Notes under the pieces: model-generated
What the model saw: the letters and a program-made list of their open reading frames with translations, nothing else
Database searches by the model: none
Told to the model about the DNA's origin: nothing
Position numbers and translations under genes: made by a program
Assembly: GCA_964016885.1 (NCBI GenBank)
Contig: OZ024743.1
Span: 13,454,001 to 13,518,000 of the forward strand
Direction of reading: 5' to 3'
DNA length: 64,000 nucleotides
Origin: Eledone cirrhosa
Lineage: Eukaryota
Shown: one piece after another, positions 1 through 12,942 of the stretch
How positions within the stretch are numbered: the stretch's first letter is position 1
Layout: the number at the start of each line of letters is the position of its first letter

Positions 1-2662
1 CTGATCTGTGTGCTTGACTTAGATAGGCTTCATAGAGGAGGACCCGGCTACTGGAAGCTAAACGCGTCCTTACCAGCGCGCAAGGCCTACAGAGACCGGA
101 TTAGCGAACTAGTTAAGCGTGCGTTGACGGGGGCCATCCTCAACAACAAGTGGTGCTTTGCTCTGAAAAGAGCGATTAGAATAGAATACATTAGGTTTAG
201 TAAAGCTTTAGCAATAGAGAAAAATAGTGCTGAGGGAGAACTAGTTAGAAAATTAGACGAGGCGCTTAGCAAAGGCATTGCGACCGACGTACTTGCGGCG
301 AAATTGGCCCTTGACCAATTCTTCAATGCAATGCACGAAGGCTGCGTTGTCAGAGCTAGGGTGCTTGCTTTCAGACACTAGGGGACGAAAGCCGTTCAAT
401 GGGCCCGTCGTGGCAACAAAGCCACGATCCGGTCTTTGGTGGACCACGACGGGCGCATGCTACTCGATCCCGGGCAAATGTGTGAAGCTTTTCAACGACA
501 CTTCGCTCAGCTATTCGGGGGCAGCGGTGGGGCGGGTCGAGGGATGGACTTTAGTGTCTACCTCGACGGATTGCCGCGGCTCTCGGCCACTGAGGCGGAG
601 TGTTGCGAAAAGCCGATAACAGCTGCTGAAGTAAGGGAGACAATGACTGGCTGCACAAGGGGTAAATTGTCCACGACAACCTCCACCTCATGCGATACAT
701 CGTAGAGAGGGTAGCTAGGGAACCCGGCACGGGTGGGTCCTTGATCAATTTAGATCAGTCGAATGCTTTCGATAGGGTCGACCATCGTTACCTAGCGGCA
801 GTCCTGAGGGCAGCTGGCTTTGGGCCCGTCTTCAGAGGCTGGATCGCTGCCATGCACAGCGACATATGCTCTGTGGTGAGAGTGAACGGTCAACTTTCGG
901 AACCGTTCAACATCATGCGCTCGGTCCGCCAAGGATGTCCCCTCTCGTCCCTCTTGTACGTATTGACTCTCGAGCCATTACTGCACAAACTGGAGACGTT
1001 GAGGGGCGTCCCGCGCGAACTAGGATGCGGAAGATCCGTGTCAGCATATGCGGACGATGTCACCGTAGTGGTGTCGAACGCCAAACACATCGAGGCGATC
1101 GGCACTACACTAAGAGAATACGAAGCGGTGACAGGAGCAATGATCAACCAGGAAAAGTCAGTGGGACTGCAGCTCGGCACCTGGAGAGGCAGCTCCATGC
1201 CGTCCAACAGCGTCGTCGGATGCTGGACGGACGGACCGCTTAAATTACTAGGGGTCTGGTTCGGTCCGGACCTCCAGACGGACAAAAACTGGAACGAGGT
1301 GACGAGCAGTATTGCCACCTCACTCAGAAATGGGCGGAGAGGAAGCTATCCCTGAAAGGTCGAGCGGAGGTGGCTAACGACACATCTCGTCCGTCATCTG
1401 CTACCGCCTGACCGTCGTACCTTGTCCTAAGCCCCGCCTGACTGCGCTGGAGCGTTTGCTCTTTCGTGTTTTGTGGAAGGGACGCGCTCCGATGGTCAGG
1501 CGGTCCATCTGCTGTCAACACTCGCTACGTGGAGGGCTGTGAATGCCGTGGCTGATGATGCGCAGACACGCGCTCAGGCTACGACATCTCCACCTCTTCC
1601 TCGACGGTGATCAGGTGTGGTCGCCGTTTGCTAGACACGTATTTCCCCAGCTCCTGTCCTTGACGGAGCTGAAGTCATGGGTCAAGCGAAGACCGAGAGG
1701 GAGCGCCTGGAGACTGGAATGTCTTCAGGCGCTCACAGCCCTCGACCAATCGGGCAATGTGATCGGTGGAAACTCCACCTCGGCGTTCTATAGAGGATTA
1801 GTGGAGGGGAAGAGCGACGACGTACTTGGGGAAACTCCAGGCGTCGACGAAAATAAACTAGCCAATCTCTTCGGATGAACTTTCGGGCCGGGCCCTATGG
1901 ACAACTTCCAGAAATCTCTGGCCTGGCAGTGCTACCGAGGAGCCTTGCCAGTTCGGGATAAACTCTACAGGCATGGAGGTGCCGTCAGCCGGGCATGTCC
2001 GAGATGCGCGCAGGGCGACGAAACCGTCCTGCACGCACTCGTCCAGTGTCCGAAAATTGCTGACTTGTGGGTTTATGTCGAATACCTGCTGTCGCATGTA
2101 GGACGGATCCGACTACCATCTGAGTCCATCGTGAGGATTGCCCCGCCCTCTTCCTTTAGCCGGGAAGGGCAGGCAGTTTTTATCTGTCTGGTGGCCATGG
2201 CGAAAGAGATAGTATGGTGGACACGTTTGAAAGGGCTGAAGACGAGCACTTTACTCTTCGGTGATGCCCTGATTGACTTTTTCAAATTTCACTTGAAAAG
2301 GAATATCAGAGTAGAGAGGGAAGTGCTCTCTTCCCAGCATTTTGTTGAAAGATGGGTGAGAGAAGCAAGAATGGCCCGAGTGAATGGGCCTACTCTGAGT
2401 ATATATCTGTAAATTAAAGGTGGAAAACTGGGAGAGGGCACTTGCCTTGGTTGTCAGGATCACTGTGGCCTTTTACTGGGCTTTCTCCACAAATGTCCCT
2501 CGGATGTCTCCCCCCTATTGGGGAATTTTTCATTGTTATTTTTTGTTACATCCTCTGTTTTTGTTTTTTACACGCAGAAATGCCCATTTGTTCCACCCTG
2601 TATTGTCCTGCACTGTCCTTAATGTCTACTTTATGTAAACCCTTGTGGTTAATAAAGAAATC
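1..2662 (+). mobile_element. Tx1/L1-clade non-LTR retrotransposon, degraded ORF2 plus 3' UTR (5' part lies outside the window)
   Basis: ORF fragments 10-381 (GPGYWKLNASL), 436-705, 690-1355 (RT motifs LDQSNAFDRVDH, QGCPLS, YADD), 1543-1878 and 1897-2412 (CPRC..ETVLHALVQC zinc finger). AATAAA at 2651, then (TTA)n. Highly similar to the copy at 46-48.8 kb but lacks about 300 bp of RT near 670. Confidence 0.9.
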
Positions 2663-5600
2663 ATTATTATTATTATTATAACAGTTGCATTTATCTTGCT
2701 TTATGTTCATACGAGTTATCACCAAGTCACAACCAGTGACCTCAAGAGACAACAAGGTCCGCCATGTTCAAGAAAGAACATACATACTCACACATGCATC
2801 TTTAGTGTTTAGACTTGTGATGTACTTATATTGAGAGAATCTTCCTTATATATGGGCAGTTCCCATTAGTACTATCTTTTGTATTTCTCCTATACGCAGG
2901 TTTCCTGGGATTTGCGATAAGTAATCATTAGACCCCTTAGGTATCATTCCCAGAGCGCCTACAACCACTGGTATTGTTTTAGTTCTCAATTTCCATATTT
3001 TTCCAATTTCTATCTCCATGTCCTTATACTTGCTCAATTTTTCAAATGTTTTTATAGATACATTCTTGTCTATTGGAACGGACATATCAATTAGCAGGCA
3101 TACTCTCTTTTTAAAGTCCTTCAATATTATATCAGGTCTATTTGCATCTATTTTTCGGTCTGTTTGGATGCTAAAGTTCCACAAGATTGAGATGTGATCT
3201 TTTTCAAGTATGGGAGGTGGTTGATGCTCCCACCAATTCTTTTGATGGGGCAGGTCAAAATGCTTACACATTATCCAATGTATGTATTGTGCAGCTCTGT
3301 CATGCCTGTTTAGGTATTCGGTTGGAGCTATAGGACTGCACATTGAAATTATATGGTCAATGGTCTCTGGTTGTTTTTTGCATACACGGCATAATGGGCT
3401 GCATCCATTTTTTATTATGTTGTCTTGGTAATTTTTTGTTGGCAGACACTAATCTTGTGCTGATATAATCAGTCCTTCAGTCTCCGATTTCAGTCCAGAG
3501 GATGCCAACCACTGATGGGTTAAAGCTTTGTCAACATCAGGATTGTTAGCTCGTTCTGGGTATTTTCCATACAGAGGCTTTTCTTGCCATTTCTTAGCCA
3601 GTTTCTGTAGCAGTTCTTTCTTTGCAGTTACTTTTACCTGCTTTGCTTTTTCTGTGTTTTCCATTTCAGCGGTAAATGGGACTTCTGAATTTATAGTCCA
3701 TTACTGTATCTTTGTGCATCTTTTGTAATGGAATATGATCTTTTGATGCTTTCGTGTTTCAAAACGAGTTTGATCATCCAATCATGTGATTCCCTTAGAT
3801 ATGTAGATAATCCAATTGTTGCAGTTTTCAACGCAATGTCTAACTGGATTAACCCACGTCCTCCTTCTTTCCTAGGGAGATATATTCTATCTGTATCTGC
3901 CTTAGGGTGAAGCATTCTGTGCATGGTTAAGAATTTTCGAATTTTTGTATCGAGCCTACGGATCTCTGTGCTTGACCAGTTGATGACATTGTAACTGTAG
4001 GTTACTACTGGTATGGCAAGCGTGTTTATGGCATCGATCCTATTCCTTGCATTCAATTCCGTTCTTAAGATTGCTCTTACTCTGCGGTAATATTCCTTCC
4101 TTATCCTTTCCCTCATTGTCGAGTGCTTGATTCCGTCTCCTTCACAAACACCTAGATATTTGTAAGTGTTTTCTTGATCAAGTTCTCTTATCACGTTCCC
4201 CCGATCAAGATTAATGTCTGAACTCTTCAGCAGCTTTCCTCTGGTGAACGTTGCTTTGGCGCATTTATCTAGTCCAAACTCCATTTTAATGTCATCAGTG
4301 AACTGCTCCACAGTGGATAATAGCCCTTGCAATTGTTCATTATTTTTTGCAAATAGTTTCAGGTCATCCATGTAGAACAAGTGATTAATGGTTTTGTCAT
4401 AGACTTTATATCCATGTTTTGTTTCATTGAGCATTTTACTTAATGGTATAAGTGCGATGCAGAATAAAAGCGGTGATAAAGAGTAACCCTGAAAAATTCC
4501 ACAATTAATATTAACATCTCCAGCTTCCAGTGATTTTGTTTCACTATTCAAAAGGAGTGTCGTTTTCCATGTCTTCATACTGAATGACAAAAACCTCCTG
4601 ACAACGGGGGATATTTTGAAAATCTCTAAACTTTTTTTAATCCAACTGTGTGGCAAACTATCGAATGCTTTTTTATAATCTATCCAAGCAATCGATAGAT
4701 TTTTGTGTCTATTATGACAATCTTCCAGTATCATTTTGTTAACCAGAAGCTTATCCTTACAGCCATATGAGCCTCGTTTACACCCTTTCTGCTCAATGGG
4801 AAATAGGTCATTTGTTATCAGGTGGTCATATGTGTATTCAGTTAGGACTGATGTTAAAATTTTATACATTGTGGTCAAGCAAGTTATCGGTCTGTAATTT
4901 TGGGGATTGTTTGTCTCATCATCCTTCGGAAGCAGGATGTAATGCCGTTAACTAGCCATGATGGTATCTTTTCTGGCTCCTTAACTATTTCATTGTAAAG
5001 TTGGGCTAACAGCTCATGAGACTCTGTGAAGGCATTTATCCAAAAGTTTTGTATTTTGTCTTTTCCTGGGGATTTCCATTTGCTGGTTTTTCTTAGAGCC
5101 AAGCGCAACTGTTCAACTGTTATATTTTCCCATATTTGTTCCTCAAGGTGAGCTGTATCTTTCATTTGTCTGTCTATCCATGGGGCATGTATGTTATGAA
5201 CTTTTTCTTCGGCCCAGATCTTTTCCCAGAATTCTTGCACTTCCTCCTTGGGTGGTATTGATTTAGAAGTTATTGTTGACTTACCAATTTTTCTGTAGAA
5301 GTTTCTTTGGTTGTTTTGAACATATTATTGTCCTTATAGAATCTAGATCGTTTTTCAAAGCGCCTTATACGTGCAGCTTGGCCGACACTTTTTGTTTGAT
5401 TATTTCTATCAGCATGTCTATGTCACTTGTTGATTTTATACTGTACTTTTTTTCTATTTTCTAAGTTTAGTTTGTTTAACATGTTCACCTACTTTATAGT
5501 TTGTTAAAATTTCTATGTCAGATCGGAGAAGGTTTATTTGGCGATTGATGTTCTCTTGCCAAGTAGATTTCTTGTGGGAATTCCTTTGGTTTTTTCATCT

Positions 5601-6668
5601 TCACTCCACATACGTGAGTGGTGACTTTAACCGATGCATAATAGAGATGATTTAAATCAGTAATGTTTAGTTTGTTTGTGATGATAATGTTTTTGAGAAT
5701 TATGTTAGTCTTGTGTATTATCTTTTGGTTCTGTTTGGAGTTCTAGATCTTAGGTAGGGTGTCTCGTTGCCCCATGTCAGATTCTTTCATTTTCATCCAT
5801 TCGATCATAATTTCATCCTTCAAGTTGGCAAGTTCATTCTCATTCATTTCTTTATCATTTACGATCTCATTATTTTCATTTGGAGTTTCATCTTGAGCAT
5901 GCACTCCCTCCACTTTTTCGATCATTTCTTTAATTTGTTCTGTTGCCAGTGATTCCGCCCCAACTCTGGGATTCGAAGTGTTACAATTTACCTCGTTTTC
6001 ACTGACACATGTTTCATTTTCCCTTCGCTGACTTTGTGCTAATAGCTTGATCTGATCAATTTCTATATCAGTTAGTAACCTTTTTCTTACAATATTTCTT
6101 CGGATATTGGCTAGTTTGTTGCTGTCAATATACCCTCTGTTTTCGGGATGTTTCTTTTTCCAATTGATATATGTCTGTTCTGTATTCGATGTATTTGATG
6201 GGTAGTACATGGCAGTGTAGAAAGCTTCAAGGACTTCTTTATTATCTTCCCTTGACCATTTTTCTCTCTTTTTCTTTGGATTTCTTGGTGGTGAGCATGG
6301 AGGGCCAACAGTAGGAGTATTCCGGTTATGGGAGGTCTCCAGCTCCGAAGTGATGGGAAGGTTTGAACCATTAGCTGATTTTCGACCCCAGTCTGGTTCC
6401 TCTCTGAGGGACGCGGCCCTTTTTTACCCGGGTGACGGCCGATCCGGTATGAGATTTTATCATTAGACATTTACTTTATTTTGTCGCGTTTTATCCTTAT
6501 CCGCCAAGGGGTAATCATTTCGTGTTACCACTTCTAGAACGAGTGTCAACCAAGACTAGAGGGGTCGTTCTCCCCTAGAGACACGGCTATTCCCCGCCGG
6601 CCGCCATCCCGGTATTTCTTGGTCACGGGGTGGTTCCTTAATGTGAGCATTGCGTGGCTTAAGAATGA
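2663..6668 (-). mobile_element. R4/Dong-like RLE non-LTR retrotransposon, full-length but frameshifted
   Basis: Minus-strand ORF pieces from 6470 to about 2826: N-terminal domain (KLANIRRNIV..LLTDIEI), KSPGKDKI, RT (QKGC, WIDYKKAFDS, GIFQGYSLSPLLF, YMDD), CCHC finger at about 3340-3390, and RLE motifs (RHD, RPD, IDMSVP, KLSKY). 3' UTR ends in (TAA)n at 2663-2680. Confidence 0.9.
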
Positions 6669-6671
6669 AAT

Positions 6672-6726
6672 TATTAATAATTGTCTCCACTCCAGGCACA
6701 AGGCCAGCACTTACCCAGTGCATTAC
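6672..6726 (-). mobile_element. 3' fragment of the tRNA/Nin-like SINE abutting the Dong 5' end
   Basis: Reverse complement reads gtaatgcactgggtaagtgctggccttgtgcctggagtggagacaattatt, matching the 3' end of the SINE at 13500-13560. Confidence 0.75.
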
Positions 6727-6874
6727 AATAATATAATATACTTTTTCCTGAAGTTGCCTGTTATTGTTGTTGGCTATGTCGGTGGTGGTGCTGGGGCTTT
6801 TTATATTGTTGGTGAGGAAGGGGGGAGCCAGCAGTGCCATAGTTGTTGACGTTTGGCCGGTGGCCGGGTCACTA

Positions 6875-7606
6875 AGTCTATCTATTTATATCTTTTGCTA
6901 GCCTCTCCCTTGTCTAGTGATACCGCCACCTTCCCCTTTCTTAAGTTAACAGGGGAATAGTGGTGGTAGCAATGAAGGAGTGGTGGCGGTGGTGATGGGA
7001 TAGTGGTAGCAATGATGGATGGAGTGGTGGCGGCGGTGGCGTTGTCGTTACTGAGTTTTGTTGAATGGACTAGTTTTTTGATATGTAGTATCTATGGGTT
7101 TGTGTCGCGTATGTTTAATATATGTGTTGAATAGACTAGTTTTGTTTGATCTGTAGTATCTATGCGTTTGTGTCGCGTATGTTTAATATATGTGTTGACA
7201 TATTCCCTTTAATATTGGAATTAAACATTTTGTTAAAACTTGAGACAATAATAATAGTAATTATTATTATGATGCTGGGATTGGCGATGGTGGTGGTGAA
7301 ATTTACGTTATCTGGTTGTTATATTTAGTGTAAACAGCGGGGTGATGGGGTAGGTGGTGTATCAAGTTGTTGGTGTTGGTGAAATTGCTGTTATTTGGCT
7401 TTTCTATATAGTGTAGACAGAGGGGATTTTCTTCCATTTATAACCATTTTCTTTTTTGAATATAAAATATATAATACAAAATTGAATATTTGAGCGATAT
7501 AACAATATATTATCGATCCGAAATTTTATGAGACTTGATTCGGTGATTTATGCATCATTTGTACTAAGAATTGTTATTTCACAATTGATTTAAATATGTT
7601 AAAAAT
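6875..7606 (-). repeat. Diverged inverted copy of the unclassified repeat at 7720-8948
   Basis: 7440-7606 is the reverse complement of about 7720-7890. The end at 6875 (agtctatctatttata) mirrors 8935-8948 (atatatagatagact). Confidence 0.7.

Positions 7607-7663
<57 letters not shown>
7607..7663. repeat. (TAA)n microsatellite
   Basis: Direct reading. Confidence 0.95.
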
Positions 7664-7664
<1 letters not shown>

Positions 7665-7831
7665 CGGAAGAAGACGCACGAGGTGACGGAGGTCATGAAA
7701 TCGCTCCCGTAAGTTTTGAATTTTTAACATATTTAAATCATTTGTGAAATAACAACTCTTAGTACAAATGCTACGTAAAGCACCCGGCTTGAGCCCCAAA
7801 AAATTCGGACCCAAAATATATTGTTATAAGT

Positions 7832-8797
7832 CTCAAATATTCAAATATTCAACTTTGTATTGTACACTGTATATCCAAAAAAAAATGGCTATAAATGGAA
7901 GAAGAAGAACCCCCCCCCCTCCTCTCCTCTGGCTACACTATATAGGACAGCTAAACTCACCAACACCAGAAACTAGATACACCGCCCACCCCATCATCTG
8001 TGTACACTGAACACAACAGCATTTTCACCTTCACCGCCACCGCTCACTACGGCCATCATTACCACCACTATCCCATCACCGCCGCCACCACCCCTTGACT
8101 CCTTCACTGCTGCTGCCACCGCTACAGCACCATCACTACAGTAATACGGCTCAAATATTCAAATATTCAACTTTGTATTGTACACTGTATATCCCCCCCC
8201 CAAAAATAATAAAATGGCTATAAATGGAAGAAGAAGAAACCCCCCCTCCTCTCCTCTGGCTACACTATATAGGACAGCGAAACTCACCAACACCAGAAAC
8301 TAGATACACCACCCACCCCATCATCTGTGTACACTAAACACAACAGCATTTTCACCTTCACCGCCACCGCTCACTACGGCCATCATTACCACCACTATCC
8401 CATCACCGCCGCCACCACCCCTTGACTCCTTCACTGCTGCTGCCACCGCTACAGCACCATCACTACAGTAATACGGCTCAAATATTCAAATATTCAACTT
8501 TGTATTGTACACTGTATATCCAAAAAAAAAAAAATAAAATGGCTATAAATGGAAGAAGAAGAACCCCCCCCCCTCCTCTCCTCTGGCTACACTATATAGG
8601 ACAGCGAAACTCACCAACACCAGAAACTAGATACACCACCCACCCCATCATCTGTGTAACACAACAGCATTTTCACCTTCACCGCCACCGCTCACTACGG
8701 CCATCATTACCACCACTATCCCATCACCGCCGCCACCACCCCCTGACTCCTTCACTGCTGCTGCCACCGCTACAGCACCATCACTACAGTAATACGG
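7832..8797 (+). repeat. Tandem repeat, three near-identical units of about 320 bp
   Basis: Unit start ctcaaatattcaaatattcaactttg recurs at about 7832, 8150 and 8477. Units are CCA-rich and non-coding. Confidence 0.92.
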
Positions 8798-9189
8798 TCG
8801 CATCACCGCCACCACTGCCTCGATATCGACATCACCGCCACCACTGTCTCAGTATCGCCAACGCCGCTAGTCTCTGCTGGCTACCACTTCCACATTATAG
8901 AATTCCTACTACCAACAAAGAGGAAGGCATCAAAATATATAGATAGACTCAAAAGAAAAAAGAAAAAACAAACAACAAAAGCAGCACAGCAACAACAGTA
9001 AAAAACGAGAAAAACAGAGAAAAACAAAAACAAAAAAAAGAAACCCCAAAAACGTAAAGAAAATAAGAATGAAGAGAGAAGCAGGCGGACGGACAGAGAA
9101 GAGGGGGGAAAAAGTAAAACTTAAAAAACAAAAACTAAGTCAGACATTCGAATACTACATTACAATGAAACTTATGCTTATTCATTTTT

Positions 9190-12100
9190 GGGGCCCTTTC
9201 TGCCCGTGTGTTTGTTTGTTTATGTGTGTCAGTATACAGCGTGGTGATAATGCCACACAAGGGCCAAGTGGGATGGCGGATCCACAGATGGCTATGTAAA
9301 CATACATTCGCCAATCCTCGATAAGAGTGTTTAAATATCGAACATAAACAGTTCGAATAACGGTGAAATGGAGACTAGGACGTCATGTGACAGACTCTCA
9401 CCCAACAGGTGCCCCCTGGCTCAGCAGCAGGAACCTGACTGTCAACGAAATACTGCTGATGTTGGAGGAAGAAGAAGAAGGAAAGGGGCCAGAACCAACT
9501 GGACGAAAGAATTGAATAGAACTGTTATGCAATGCTACCTGAAAAGTAACCCCAAGGAGAGGGGCTACAGGAGACGGATGCATAACATCTGGAACGAGAT
9601 TGGTTTATTTAAATTAGATGAACAAAAATTGGCCGGGCAGGCTCGGGTAATAAGAACTAATGGGTGGATAAGCGAGCTGGAACTGGAGGAACTGAGCAGA
9701 GAGAATGGCTTGGAGATGGCGGGTGTAGTATGCCAGACAAGCGAGCCGGCGGGAAATGAAGGTGAGGAGGTCCTGAGAGCGGAGGAACCACCCGAAGCAG
9801 ACAATGATCTGAATACTGAGATAAATAATACCTGGAACAGAGATACGGCCACTGAGGAGATGAATGCTGACGGGCTAGGACAAGATTCGGTTGACATCCT
9901 AAATTTAGTGGTAGATGAGTTGAACAATGATAGTGGGAGACCTATGAACCTAAGATTTGTAGACAGGAAAAAGTTAAAAGAAACAACAGCTAAGGTAAAC
10001 AAAGTCATCCCATACCTTGAGGCGAGGAGTCTTCACCAGTGCAACAATATCCTCAAAGCAACAGCAAATACGGTGAGGAAACTACTTGGTATAAAAGCGA
10101 GAGGAAACAACAGACAAGAAAGAGCAGAGCCGTGGTGGAAGAAGCGACTGAGTGGGCAAATCGGGGAAATGAGAAATGACATAGGAAAGCTTGAGTCACT
10201 ACTGAATGGGACACTAAAAAACATAGGCACTAAAAATAGACTGGAAATAAAATACAAAACTAGGAGTAAAAAGCTAAATATTATCATAGAGGAATTGAAG
10301 CAACGCATTGTAGCAAAGAGTGCCAAAATCAGGCGATACGAGAACAGAGTCAGTCAGTATAAACAGAACCGCATGTTCGACAACAACCAGAAGATGCTGT
10401 TTGGACAGCTTGAGGGGAAAGAAAGAGGCACCGACTTGATCCCTGGGGCGGAACAAGCTAAAACATTCTGGAGAGGAATATGGGAGCAGGATGTTAGACA
10501 CAATGCCCAGGCAGGGTGGATTGAGACAGTACAGAGGGAGATCGGTGAGCAGGCACAGCAACAGACTGATTTGAGTATCACAGTTGAAACTCTTAAGGGG
10601 CAAGCCAAAAAACTAACCAACTGGAAATCACCAGGCCCAGATGGTGTGCAGGGGTATTGGATTAAACATTTAACATCCCTCCACCCGAAGCTGACGGCCA
10701 TGTTCAATGAATGCTTGGTGTCGGGTGAGGTGCCAGAGTGGTTGACAAAAGGTACCACAGTTCTGATAATGAAAGACCGAATCAAGGGTAATGATGTTAC
10801 CAACTATAGACCTATCACATGTCTGCCCGTAATGTGGAAACTGTTGACGAGCATTGTGTCTGTGGAAATCTACCATCACCTCCACACAAACAACTTGTTG
10901 CCGGACGAACAGAAAGGATGCCGAAAGAAGTCACGTGGTACAAAGGACCAGTTGCTTATTGATAAGATGATAATGGGGAATTGCAGGAGGAGACACACTG
11001 ATCTTGCCATGGGATGGATAGACTACAGAAAGGCATTTGACATGGTGCCTCATTCCTGGATCACCAAAAGCCTGGAGATCTTCAGGGTGGCAGATAACAT
11101 CAGACAGTTGCTGGGCAGGAGTATGGGGTCCTGGGAGACAGAGTTGACATCAACTGGAGTATCCTTGGGAAGCGTGAAGATCAAGAGAGGTATCTTCCAG
11201 GGAGATAGCCTGTCCCCTCTGTTGTTTGTCCTTGCCCTGATGCCCTTGACCATTATGCTGCGAAAAGTGAGAGCAGGATACAAGTTGGGAAGGGGAGAGC
11301 TTACCATCAATCACCTCCTCTTCATGGACGATCTTAAGCTCTTCGGGAAAAGTGAGAAGGAGTTGGATGTGCTTGTTGACACTGTCCGTATTTTCAGCAG
11401 TGATATATGTATGCAGTTTGGTATTGGTAAATGTGGAGTCATTGTGATGAGGAGGGGTAGGTTGAGCAGAAGTAACGGGATCCAGATACCAACAGGTGAG
11501 ATGATAAGGGAAATTGACTCTGAGGAAGGATACAAGTATTTGGGCGTTCTGGAGGCTGATGGCATAAAGAACAAAAAAATGAAGGAATTGTTAAGAACTG
11601 AATAGATTCGGAGAGTAAGGAGCGTATTGAAGTCACATCTGAACAGCAGAAATGCCATAAGCGCAGTAAATTCCCGAGCTGTGTCTATTATTAGGTACAG
11701 TGCGGGAATTCTGAGATGGAATGTTGCTGAACAAAAAGAAATGGATAGGAAGACTAGGAAGCTATTGACTATCTACAACATGTTCCACAAGAGGAGTGAT
11801 GTCGATAGACTCTACCTAAGGAGATCTGAGGGTGGAAGAGGTCTTATCAGCATAGAGGACTGTGTTCAGATGGAGAAAAACAACCTATACAAATACGTGA
11901 CCTATAGTAAGGAGCCAATGCTCAGAGCTGTACTGAAGGAGGGGACAATAGGCCAGGGGATACCCAAGGAGGAAATAACATCAAGGAGGAAGAGCAGCCT
12001 TAAGGGAAAATCCCTTCATAGTACCTTCTTTGAGAAAACTGAATTTAGAGATCCACAGACATGGAACTGGTTGAGAAGAGGAGACCTCAAAAAGGCTACA

Positions 12101-12868
12101 GAAGGAATGCTAATGGCTGCGCAGGAGCAGGCCCTCAAAACGAAGTGGTTGAAGCACCATATCTACAAGGAGGAGGCTAGCCCACTGTGCAGGATCTGTG
12201 GAGAGAGAGAGGAGACTGTGGCCCACATTGTGTCCGAGTGTAAACACCTAGCCCAGACCCACTATAAGGGCTGGAGACACGATGTGATGGGCAGGGTGAT
12301 CCACTGGCACCTGTGCAAAGTAAACAATCTACCACATTCTGAGAAATGGTATGAGCATAGGCCAGAGGCGGTGATGGAGAACAGTCAGGTGAAGGTGCTG
12401 TGGGATTTTAGGATACAGACGGACAAAAAACTGGAACACAATAGACCTGACCTGGTGGTTGTGGACAAAGAAAAAAGATCGTGCCTGATTGTGGATGTGG
12501 CCTGCCCGTTCGACACGAGAGTGCAAGAGAAGGAGAGGGAGAAAATTAACCGATACCAGGACCTAAAGTGGGAGGTGAAAAGGATTTGGAACTGCCATGA
12601 AGTCAAAGTGATCCCGATTGTCATAGGCGCACTGGGGACTATCTCCAAAGGTTTCCAGGGATGGTTAAAGAAAATCGGCCCCTTCACGCTTTTCGGAACG
12701 CTTCAAAAGGCATGCTTGCTTGGAACGGCAAGAACCCTCCGATACGTCCTGAATATCTGAGGCTGCAGGTAGTGGCTTGATATTCAATCCAACGGACTTT
12801 CCAGTTAACCAACATCAATGACTGAGATTCAAGGAATAACAATAACGATAATAATAATAATAATAATA

Positions 12869-12870
<2 letters not shown>
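9190..12870 (+). mobile_element. R4/Dong-like RLE non-LTR retrotransposon, near-intact (5' boundary approximate)
   Basis: Single long reading frame 9368-12760, a short 3' UTR, and an (AAT)n tail at about 12835-12870. Confidence 0.92.
9368..12760 (+). pseudogene. RT + CCHC + restriction-like endonuclease polyprotein (about 1130 aa) with one in-frame TAG at 11603-11605
   Basis: ORFs 9368-11605 and 11627-12760 are in the same frame. Motifs: NYRPITCL, WIDYRKAFD, GIFQGDSLSPLLF, FMDD, CRIC..ETVAHIVSEC, RHD, RPD, VDVACP, KINRY. Confidence 0.9.

Positions 12871-12942
<72 letters not shown>
12846..12942. repeat. (TAA)n/(TTA)n head-on microsatellite junction
   Basis: Direct reading; polarity flips at about 12870. 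Confidence 0.9.

Noticed and set aside
7832-8797. CRISPR-like array, or the 174-aa His/Pro-rich ORF 8422-8946
   Set aside because: The units are contiguous 320-bp tandem copies with no unique spacers, no cas genes and a eukaryotic context. The ORF frame is not preserved between units.
87-12687. Antisense and alternate-frame ORFs overlapping the LINE ORFs
   Set aside because: They are shadow ORFs of retroelement coding sequence with no independent motifs.
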